From contig NC_009073.1 in the NCBI RefSeq assembly GCF_000015805.1, forward strand, positions 1,800,001-1,832,000: a stretch of DNA of 32,000 bases. The letters run 5' to 3'. Both the position numbers and the translations under genes were made by a program. Within the stretch, counting starts at the first letter, position 1. Every line of letters begins with the position of its first letter. This stretch comes from Pyrobaculum calidifontis JCM 11548 (lineage in GTDB: Archaea > Thermoproteota > Thermoprotei > Thermoproteales > Thermoproteaceae). This document shows positions 16,108 to 23,916 of the stretch, piece by piece. Below the pieces are notes generated by a model. That model saw only the letters and a list, made by a program, of their open reading frames with translations. It made no database searches and had not been told where the DNA came from.

Positions 16108-16930
16108 GCCGCTTGCAAAAGCCGCCTTTTTCTCCGCAGTGGCCACAAGCTTCACGGGGGCCTTAACCGCGGGGCTTGGGCAGGGCTTCGACTTGGGGAC
16201 TCAGTGGCCCGGCAACGCCGTCGCCCTCGTGTTAAAGGCCGTGGAGGGTAGCTTCGAGCCTGTGCACAGATTTTTCACAGTGGCCGCGGGAGTCCTCTAC
16301 CTCTTGGTCTTCCTCGCCGCCTGGAGGGTGGGCGGGCGGCTGAGGCTGGTGGCGGCTCTGGCGCTGGCCTCTCTGGCCGCCACTGCGCTGACGGGCCGGG
16401 TCGTGTTGCTCGTGCTAGGGGGAGAGGTGCCTCCCCCCATCTCCTACGCTGTGTATCCCTTGAACAACTTCTTCGCCTTGGCCACGGCCCTCCTTATGGC
16501 TCTCTTGGCGTCGCTTCTAGAGCCGCGGAGGTATAAGACGCGGCTGGCCTTCTTCTACCGAGGGGCCGCCTTCTGGGGGGCGGTGGCGTCGGTGTCGGGG
16601 GCCTACATATTGGGCTACCACAAGATTGTAAAAGCCCCGCTGGCGTACAGCCTCTGGCCGCCGTCGTGGGACTTGGCGTGGCTCATCCACCTGGCGGCGG
16701 CTCTGCTGGCTGTGTCCTTCAGCCTAGTGGCCCTCGCCTCGGGCTTCTCCCCCTCGCTGTGGCACATACTCCTCGCCCTCTCCATCGCCGTGCAGCCCCT
16801 CACCGGACTGCTTATGTTCTACGGCGCCTCCGCCGACCCGTGGGCCCCCGGCCCTCAGACCGCCTTCCACGGGGCCTTCGCCCACCTCCTAGTGGTCTCG
16901 GCCTTTGTCCTATACCTAAAGAGCCGGTAA
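16097..16930 (+). CDS. ctaA: putative heme A synthase (CtaA/Cox15-like), Cys-free 8-TM form
   Basis: Eight hydrophobic helices. EPVHR in helix 2, IHL and FAHLL in later helices. Sits beside ctaB and the oxidases. The family call is tentative. Confidence 0.5.
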   Translation: MYIRPLAKAAFFSAVATSFTGALTAGLGQGFDLGTQWPGNAVALVLKAVEGSFEPVHRFFTVAAGVLYLLVFLAAWRVGGRLRLVAALALASLAATALTGRVVLLVLGGEVPPPISYAVYPLNNFFALATALLMALLASLLEPRRYKTRLAFFYRGAAFWGAVASVSGAYILGYHKIVKAPLAYSLWPPSWDLAWLIHLAAALLAVSFSLVALASGFSPSLWHILLALSIAVQPLTGLLMFYGASADPWAPGPQTAFHGAFAHLLVVSAFVLYLKSR

Positions 16931-18981
16931 TGGACCTCCTCCACCTAGCCATCCTCGCCTCAGCCCTAGCCCTCTCCCCCCTCCTCAGGCCCCCCGCCGG
17001 GCCTGTCCTCTTCATTGCCTCGTTTCTCTACTATCTATACAACTTCGCTAAGGCGCACCCGACGCCGTGGGAGGCGGCCACTGCGGCGCTGGCGAACCCA
17101 GCGGGCATTGTGTACCTCCTCGCCCTGCCGTCGGCCGCCTTAGCATTAACAAATCACCGGCTGGCGGCTCGTCTAGCGACGGCGGCCGCGGCCGCCTACC
17201 TCCTCGCATCGGCTCCCCCTCTTGAGGCCGGCCCATGGCTTGACCCGAGGTTCTCCTCGCCTTGGGCGCCCCTCTACTACGCGGCCCTCTTCGCCGGGTA
17301 TGGCCTTATGCTCTCTGGGGCAGTGCACGGGAGGGGCTTCTACGCCGGGTGGGTCTTGGCCTCGGCGGGTCTCCTATTTGGCGCCGTGTGGAGCTACTAC
17401 ACCTTTGGCTGGGGGGGCTACTGGGCGTGGGACCCCGCTCAGACTGCCCACCTCGCGGCGTGGCTTGCGGCCACGGCCGTCTTGCACATCAAGAGGGGAC
17501 GCCTCGCCGCCGTGGGGGCCGCGCTGGGGGCTTCGGCAGTTGAGCTGGGGGGCTTTTCCTCCCTGCGGCGCCTAGAGCCCGGCTTCGCCGTGCCCCTCTT
17601 CGCCCTGTCGGTGGCCGCGCTGGCGGCTGGGCTTTGGGAGGCCAGGAGGCCGGCGGCGGATAGGGTGGCGGCCGTCGTGGGCTACTCCATGCTTGCGCTC
17701 TCTCTGTACGTCTACGCCGCGGTGGTCGCCCCGGCCTTCGCGGCGTCGCTCGGCGCCCAGGTGGAGGTACCGGCGGGGGACGAGGCCTATATCAGGGTCG
17801 GCCTTGTCCTTGCCGCGGGGGCTGTGGCGGGGATGTCGCTGTTTGGGGTCTACGCGGTGGGGCCTAGGCTTGGGGCATTTCTCCCCTACGCCGTTGCCTT
17901 GGCCCTAGGTGCCGCGCTGACGGCGGCTGGGGTGAGGCCAGCGTGGGAGAGCGCGCCTTACACCAACTTCTTCCTCGTCGCCATCTCCGCCTCCTCTCTC
18001 GCCGCGGTGTACCACTTGGCCAAGGGCAAGATGGACAGGTGGGCCAAGGCGGTGCACGTCTTGTCCGTCGCCTTGCTAGCGGCGGTGGCGGTATCCGGCC
18101 CCTTTGCCTACAACATGTCTTACTACAAACTCATCGCCGCGGAGCCAGGCGCCGTGGTATTCACGCTACTGCCCTGGCCCTACCCGGAGAAGGTGGGGGT
18201 GGTGGGTGTTTCCTACTCCCTCGACGCGGGGCTTGTGGAAATTCCGCCGGGGCTGTATAGGGTCGCGCCTTTTAACTATAGCGCCTTTGTGGAAAGGGTG
18301 GGCGGCCCCTTCTCTCTTGCGGGGCTGAACTACACTGTGGTGGACGTCGGCGGGGTGAAGTACGTGGTGGTGTGGGGCGGCGGAGAGGTGGTGGGGGAGT
18401 GGGGCGGCTTCCCCGTGGCGCGGGTGGAGAGGAACGGCACAGTCGTGGTTTTCCCAGCCCCGCTGGACCTTATGGAGGCCTTGTCCATAGACCCGGGGCT
18501 TGTGAACCATGTGCTGAAGTGTCTAGGCAACGGGAGTAGGCTTGTGCCCAGAGGCGCCGTCTACTGGCTGAGGGTGTACGTGGACGGGGCCGCGGTGGAG
18601 GTGCCCGTGCGGTACGACCTCCCCGGCGACTTGAGGGGCGTGGGCGGGGTAGTGGTGGGCGTGGGAGAGGTCTACGGAGTCATCGACGTGAACTTGGCCG
18701 CGGCCCCTCCATACAAGCTCGTGGGAGACGTGTGGTGGAACAAGGCCACGGCGTCGTACGCCAAGTCGCTTGTAGACATGTGCAACGTCAACGCGGCGTA
18801 CACCGCGGTGAGTTTCTCCGCCGGACGTGACCTCAACCTAACTGCCTTCGTCCAATACCTCAACGCAGACGACCCCCTCTGGGTAGTGGCCTTTAGGCCT
18901 GTGCCACTTGTACCAGCGGTGTGGGCCCTGGCGGCTGGGCTAGTGGCCGCGTCTATAGTAGCTGGGAGAAGAGGTCGATGA
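16930..18981 (+). CDS. CcmF-like cytochrome c heme lyase with enlarged extracytoplasmic C-terminal domain
   Basis: Trp-rich heme-handling motif FGWGGYWAWDPAQTAHLAAWLAATAVLH. The start was moved to ATG 16930 (TAATG junction with the upstream gene). The C-terminus carries a beta-rich domain of about 240 aa followed by a final TM helix. Confidence 0.75.
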   Translation: MDLLHLAILASALALSPLLRPPAGPVLFIASFLYYLYNFAKAHPTPWEAATAALANPAGIVYLLALPSAALALTNHRLAARLATAAAAAYLLASAPPLEAGPWLDPRFSSPWAPLYYAALFAGYGLMLSGAVHGRGFYAGWVLASAGLLFGAVWSYYTFGWGGYWAWDPAQTAHLAAWLAATAVLHIKRGRLAAVGAALGASAVELGGFSSLRRLEPGFAVPLFALSVAALAAGLWEARRPAADRVAAVVGYSMLALSLYVYAAVVAPAFAASLGAQVEVPAGDEAYIRVGLVLAAGAVAGMSLFGVYAVGPRLGAFLPYAVALALGAALTAAGVRPAWESAPYTNFFLVAISASSLAAVYHLAKGKMDRWAKAVHVLSVALLAAVAVSGPFAYNMSYYKLIAAEPGAVVFTLLPWPYPEKVGVVGVSYSLDAGLVEIPPGLYRVAPFNYSAFVERVGGPFSLAGLNYTVVDVGGVKYVVVWGGGEVVGEWGGFPVARVERNGTVVVFPAPLDLMEALSIDPGLVNHVLKCLGNGSRLVPRGAVYWLRVYVDGAAVEVPVRYDLPGDLRGVGGVVVGVGEVYGVIDVNLAAAPPYKLVGDVWWNKATASYAKSLVDMCNVNAAYTAVSFSAGRDLNLTAFVQYLNADDPLWVVAFRPVPLVPAVWALAAGLVAASIVAGRRGR

Positions 18982-19315
18982 AGTTGGCCACGAGGTCTCT
19001 CTGGAGGCAGGGGTACTGCCTCACGAGGGCCATTGCCAGCTCCTTTATCTCTGGGCAGAGCCTCCGCCCACAACGCCTCACCTCCACGGCGTCCAGGGCC
19101 CCGGGCCCCTCCCTAACAAGGTAGACAACGGCGGCCTCCTCCACCGGCATAGTGTAGGGGAAGTACCGGGGCCTCCTCCCCAGCGTATAGACGAGGCGGT
19201 CTCTAGTCAGCTTATCCAAGTGATACTTAAGGGTGCCTATGGGCATCCCCAACTCCTTGGCCAACAGCCTAAAGTACGGCCCGGGGCAACGGGCGATGTG
19301 GAGAAAAATATCCAC
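18953..19315 (-). CDS. winged-helix (ArsR/MarR-like) transcriptional regulator
   Basis: HTH LAKELGMPIGTLKYHLDKL. GATTTATTTATCC TATA box sits 23 nt upstream of GTG 19315; the ORF track starts at TTG 19348. Confidence 0.7.
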   Translation of the reverse strand: MDIFLHIARCPGPYFRLLAKELGMPIGTLKYHLDKLTRDRLVYTLGRRPRYFPYTMPVEEAAVVYLVREGPGALDAVEVRRCGRRLCPEIKELAMALVRQYPCLQRDLVANFIDLFSQLL

Positions 19316-20802
19316 ATGAAGGGGAAAATTTGGATAAATAAATCTCAACTGGCCCGGCTCTCTCGTACGTCGCCGAGTGCGGACGTCGAGTTACATCTCT
19401 CGGATTATGCAAAGGTTTTAGACGTTAGAAGGTGGCGGAGGGGTGGACGAGCGGGAGTCGTTGGAGAAGATGAACGCTTGTTACTTGTGGTCATCTTGTC
19501 AGAGGGCATGTCGAAGCTGTTGAGGGCAAGGCGTAGCTGGCGCCATTCAGAACTTGCTAGCCTTTGAGCGACGACTTGCGTCAGCAACTTAGAGGCGGCG
19601 CCTTCACGAGCCCCTCTTCACTTGGTTGCAGGTGGTAGAGGGAGTAGAAGCGTCTTCACCCGTCGCTTCGTCGATGGCATATCTGTAGCTAGGTAGAGCG
19701 CTGTTTCTCGACGGCGAGGCCGCCTACGGCGCAGTGGAGGTCACAACGGCGTTACCAGTAGGCTTTTAAACAGCCGAATACGACCACGCCGAGCATGCAG
19801 GCACGTTGTCGGCAGTCTTGTCGAGGTGCGTAATTGGATTCTTCTCTTCCATCGGCCCTATAGACCTCAAGTGGTTGTCTAAAGACCGCGCGTGATTTCG
19901 GCAACAGCTTTTAAGCGGCTAATCGAGGAGACTTTGCCCAAGCTCGCCGAAGAGACTAAGCGTTGAGGGACTTTCACGGCTCTACACGCTCAAGACCTTT
20001 ACCTATACCAAGAGGCGCTGAGATGCCTAGACTACAAAAGGATAGTGGACGAATATGTGAACCTAAGCTAGAGGCCTCATGTGGCTGACCTCCCGCGTGG
20101 ATATGCCCTTAGGCAGAATTCCCTTGACATACCCTGCGCCGCGCTCCCGGGCGGCGGTGCCAAATACGTGCCACCGTGTAGCAGATGCAGTTTAAAACAA
20201 GTGTAGACAGCGTGGAAGTGAGGGAGTCGCCGAAACATACGTCTTCATAAGCACAACAGCCGCCAGCAGACAAACGGCAACAGCTGTAGTCGTGGTCATT
20301 TGCGCCAACTTACGTTTTTTGTACCGCCCTTCAACCCCCGTTTTTGACTGCAAAGTGTAAACAGATTACTGCGCTTTATCTCGAGGAAGTTGGCCAAATT
20401 CTCGGAGAGAGGAGAGGCTGAGCAAAGTGACTGCTCTTATACGTCTTGGGAAAATTCATCGGGGGAGGGGATGATGAGGCGCTTGGCAAGGGGTTTCTGC
20501 CCGACTCCAGGCTAGCTGACCTCCCCCTCTCTATGACAGTCTGCTTACATAGAAAAATTTTTCTCCGCTTACCCGATAGCCGATTGGTGAAAGGGGTGTA
20601 CAGGGGAAGAGTGTGCTAAAACTGTCGGCGAGGGGAGAGGCTACAAGTAGTCTATGCCATCTACACCACCTCGGTGGAGATGATCTGTAGGGTAGCCCCC
20701 GCTTTTTCCGCCCATTTACGTTTTTACAACAATACCATTGTAAAATTAAGGTGTTACATCTATACAAGATGCAAAGAATTTGAAATTAATATAAAAAGGG
20801 AA

Positions 20803-20891
20803 TGCGGCCGCCGGGATTTGAACCCGGGACCGCCCGTTGGAGGTCTTGCGACTGTCTTCAGCCGGGCGCTCTCCCGCTGAGCTACGGCCGC
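20803..20891 (-). tRNA. tRNA-Phe (GAA) with a 17-nt intron
   Basis: Hand-folded cloverleaf. Acceptor GCGGCCG/CGGCCGC, D arm GCTC-AGCGGGA-GAGC, anticodon loop CTGAAGA, T arm CCGGG-TTCAAAT-CCCGG. Intron at 20837-20853. TATA 27 nt upstream and a T-tract downstream. Confidence 0.8.
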
Positions 20892-21304
20892 TGTGGTCTA
20901 ATACACGGGTACTTTTAAGCTTTATCTCCCTCACCCTCGGCGTCTCGGCGGTCACGCCTTGGCGGCTCTGCGTGGAGACGCGAATATGTTAATAGCCACT
21001 GTCTCCAGTGCTTGGTACCTCCCTCTACGCTCTCTGCGGATTTGCTACATCGGCGCCGGCGCTTAAGCCTTTGCCGCTCGCTACTGTGCCATCTCAGTTT
21101 GTAATGTCCATCGTCAGTTGTATATGCCTCTCGTTTGTCTCGGGACGCCGCCATCGTAGGATGATTAAATACCGACCCCCGTGATGTAGGATAGGCATCC
21201 CCGTCTTGGTAAGCTACGAGCAAGAGGCCTTTATAGTGATATGTTTTATGGCAATATGGCAAAAGGTATCAAAGGACGCCAAGCCCAAGTGGAAAATAAG
21301 GGCA

Positions 21305-21412
21305 TGCGGCGGCCGGGATTCGAACCCGGGATCAACGGCTCTCCTCGCCGAGCGTGGAAGGCTTGTGGGGGTTGCTCCCTCGCCATCCTAAACCAGGCTA
21401 GACTACCGCCGC
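21305..21412 (-). tRNA. tRNA-Gly (UCC), 108 nt, apparently with two introns
   Basis: Perfect acceptor GCGGCGG/CCGCCGC and T arm CCGGG-TTCGAAT-CCCGG. The only legal anticodon loop is CTTCCAC. Removing about 21363-21380 and about 21339-21352 yields the stem GCGGC/GCCGT. TTATAAA box 25 nt upstream. Confidence 0.65.
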
Positions 21413-21601
21413 TGTAGTCAACTATGTGGCATGTTTATAAGTTTAAGCCGTATCAACCAGCCTAAATTTGCCGATTGCGCTCAAACGGCTCAGCCCGTCG
21501 ACAGAGATCCGTTGGGTGTAGTGCGCCGCCATCTGCGGCCCGTCTCGCGTTAGACCCAACACCTTGTGGCAAGATTTTTAAAACATCGTAGTAGTGTCTA
21601 T

Positions 21602-21775
21602 GTGTCGCAGGTTGTTGTGCTCCTGCTTATTGTCCTAGGGGTCATAGTACTCCTCGTCGGCGTTGTTCTTGTGAGCTGGGCGCAGGGGGTCGGCTGGATG
21701 TTAGGTCTCCCATTTATCGCCCTAGGTCTCTACGCCGTATACACCGCGGGGCGCGCCTCGTGTAAACCCTCGTGA
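21602..21775 (+). CDS. 57-aa two-TM membrane peptide (hypothetical)
   Basis: Two hydrophobic helices. TTTTTAAAA box about 23 nt upstream of in-frame GTG 21602; the ORF track starts at GTG 21566. Confidence 0.35.
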   Translation: MSQVVVLLLIVLGVIVLLVGVVLVSWAQGVGWMLGLPFIALGLYAVYTAGRASCKPS

Positions 21776-22115
21776 CGTATCAACACCCTATTATTGGCTG
21801 TAGCACACATCTCTAAGCTAGGTAACGCTTCACGTCATCGCAGAGAACAAGTCCTTAATACACAGGCGAGACTAACTATCTTTGTTAATTGCGGTTAAAA
21901 ATGCTATATAATTGAGTGCTGGCGGTTTTCGCCACGTGGCTTGCGTCAGCTTGGCCCCCTTCTAAGGCTCGAAGCGGCCCCTGGATTGCCCAATAACTCT
22001 ACTTGTTTAGCCAGAAGAGTGAAGAAGACGCACCAGTTTTTGTTGCCCAGCCGATGGGGCTTTGAGGAGAGTCATCTCTGCTTGGGACATTTTTTATACC
22101 GGGCAAATTGTATGT

Positions 22116-23393
22116 GTGGATCATAGAGTATTGGCGATATTTCTCACGTCGTTTGTAACGCCGTTTGTGAATAGCACCTTGAGCATTGCGCTTCCCCAGG
22201 TGGCTAGGGAGTTTGGGATACCGCCTGCCGCCGCGGTCAGTTTGCTTGTGGTGTTGACGTTGGCCGTTGCCGCGTTGGCTCTGCCCATGGGTAGGCTGTC
22301 GGACGTCGTGGGGGCGCACCGCGTGTTTAGGGCTGGTCTACTGGTGGCGCTGGCTGGCCTCGCGGCGTCCTCTACCTCGCCCAGCCTCTACGCGCTGTAT
22401 GCGGCTTTGGCGTTAATGGGCGGGGGGCTGGCGGCGGTCTTTGGGAGCAACAACGCACTTCTGGTGCAAATAGCGCCGCCTGGACGTAGGGCGTCTGTCG
22501 TGGGCATGAACTCCATGTTTGTATACATTGGCCTAGTCTCTGGGCCACTGGTTGGCGGCCTCCTCGCCTCTGTCTCGTGGCGCCTCATATTTCTCCCGGC
22601 GGTCGTCTTGACGGCCTTGGCGCATCTCCTCGTGGGTCCTCCACCCGCCGCACCGGGGAGGGGGGCTGGGTACGATTGGCCGGGGGCTCTACTCCTCTCC
22701 TCTGCAGTGGTCCTCCTCGTCATGGGCTTCGCCAATGTGGGCCTGGCGCTGACTGGCTTAGTCCTTCTGGCTTTGGCCGTGGTGCTTGAAAGTAGGCGCG
22801 AGGCGCCTATTCTCAACGTGAGGCTCTTTAAGGACGTCGTCTTTGCTTCGTCTGTGGCCTCGGCGTTCCTCAACTATCTCTCCACGGCGGCTCTCACGCC
22901 GGCCTTGAGCCTGCTTTACCAGTCCGTATACGGCGTGCCCCCAGGCGCCACGGGCGCCCTGCTCTCAGTTATGTCCATTGCAATGGCCGTCTTTGCCCCT
23001 CTCGCGGGCAGACTAAGCGATAGGTATCAGCCAGCGTTGCTTGCGGCGGCTGGCTCGGCAATTCTCGCCGCATCCCTCTTCCTCTACTCTCGCGGCACGC
23101 CCATCCAATGGGCCCCCCTCTACCTCTTCGCCATAGGGCTGGGCTTTGCCCTCTTCATTGTCCCCAACACAACCATTATTTTGACATCGGCTCCGCCTGG
23201 GGTAGCCTCTGCCATGGTCGCCGAGGCGAGGGTCTTGGGGCAGTCTGCCAGCAACTCCCTGGCGGCCTACGTCTTGCAAAGGGCAGGAGGCTTGGAGGCC
23301 GGCGTGTACGACTTGTTGACCCTCTTGGGCTACTTCGCCGTTGCCACCGCGGCGTTGAGCTTGGCGCGCTACTTGCGCAGGCTAGCCCATTAG
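22116..23393 (+). CDS. MFS transporter (drug:H+ antiporter-like)
   Basis: N-terminus FVNSTLSIALPQVAREFG is typical of DHA-type MFS transporters. Motif MGRLSDVVGAHRV. 12-14 TM helices. TTTTTTATA box about 22 nt upstream of GTG 22116; the ORF track starts at TTG 22062. Confidence 0.85.
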   Translation: MDHRVLAIFLTSFVTPFVNSTLSIALPQVAREFGIPPAAAVSLLVVLTLAVAALALPMGRLSDVVGAHRVFRAGLLVALAGLAASSTSPSLYALYAALALMGGGLAAVFGSNNALLVQIAPPGRRASVVGMNSMFVYIGLVSGPLVGGLLASVSWRLIFLPAVVLTALAHLLVGPPPAAPGRGAGYDWPGALLLSSAVVLLVMGFANVGLALTGLVLLALAVVLESRREAPILNVRLFKDVVFASSVASAFLNYLSTAALTPALSLLYQSVYGVPPGATGALLSVMSIAMAVFAPLAGRLSDRYQPALLAAAGSAILAASLFLYSRGTPIQWAPLYLFAIGLGFALFIVPNTTIILTSAPPGVASAMVAEARVLGQSASNSLAAYVLQRAGGLEAGVYDLLTLLGYFAVATAALSLARYLRRLAH

Positions 23394-23915
23394 GCCCCAG
23401 TCGGGGACTTTGAAGTCTTTTCTCAGCGGATACAGCGGCTTGCCCGTCTTCTCGTCGATGCAGCAGTCTGGGTCGAGGAGAAAGCGCTTGCCCATGTGCG
23501 GATTTCCCTCAAACCATATGCCAAACATCTCGTGGCACTCCCTCTCCTCGTAGTCGGCTGATGGGAAGATGTCAGCTATGGAGGCGATCTTTGGGTCGTC
23601 CCGCGGTATCTCGGCACGTACGTGGAGAAGCTGGTTTTTGAGCTCCGGCGAGAGGTATGAGGCAAAGACGTACATCACCAAGAACTTCTTCTCCCCTACG
23701 TAGTCCACGGCGCTGAGGGAGAGGACGTGGTCAAAGCCCATGGACTTGACCGCGTTGGCCACGTCCCGTATCTTCGCGGCGGGGACCATGACGCAGAGGT
23801 GGCCCTCCGGCGTCACTCCGTGGGACAGCACCGCGCCCCCCAGCGCCTCTTTCACCTTGGCCAAGAGCGGGTGGTCGGCTGGCTGGGGGCACTTGGGCGG
23901 GGCCTTCGCCGACAT
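23382..23915 (-). CDS. nuoC: NADH-quinone oxidoreductase subunit C (30 kDa subunit)
   Basis: YEERECHEMFGIWFEGNPH motif. Starts 1 nt after the nuoB stop. Confidence 0.85.
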   Translation of the reverse strand: MSAKAPPKCPQPADHPLLAKVKEALGGAVLSHGVTPEGHLCVMVPAAKIRDVANAVKSMGFDHVLSLSAVDYVGEKKFLVMYVFASYLSPELKNQLLHVRAEIPRDDPKIASIADIFPSADYEERECHEMFGIWFEGNPHMGKRFLLDPDCCIDEKTGKPLYPLRKDFKVPDWGLMG

Positions 23916-23916
23916 A

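Noticed and set aside
16666-16929. 88-codon N-terminal extension of the CcmF-like ORF given by the ORF track.
   Set aside because: It overlaps the end of the CtaA-like gene and is Pro/Arg/Gly-rich. A clean ATG at 16930 forms a TAATG junction and begins a hydrophobic helix.
19965-19977. Minus-strand GTGAAAGTCCCTC, resembling the RNase P RNA CR-I core (GAGGAAAGUCC).
   Set aside because: I could not find the partner conserved regions (CR-IV/CR-V such as ACAGAA...CGGCUUA) or a convincing P4 pairing nearby. A single 8-nt match is insufficient.
20461-20530. C/D-box sRNA-like element. ATGATGA (20471-20477) and CTGA (20516-20519) are 38 nt apart, flanked by the complementary GGGGAGGGG / CCTCCCCC.
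   Set aside because: No recognisable internal D' (CUGA) or C' (UGAUGA) boxes at the expected 12-nt guide spacing, and no obvious promoter. It may be a coincidence in G-rich sequence. Worth a covariance-model scan only.
20915-21262. 115-aa minus-strand ORF between the two tRNA genes, plus ORFs 20531-20767, 20674-20880 and 20746-20955.
   Set aside because: Their composition is implausible (Arg/His/Lys/Cys-rich). Several run through tRNA genes or their promoters. None has a TATA element at the right spacing.
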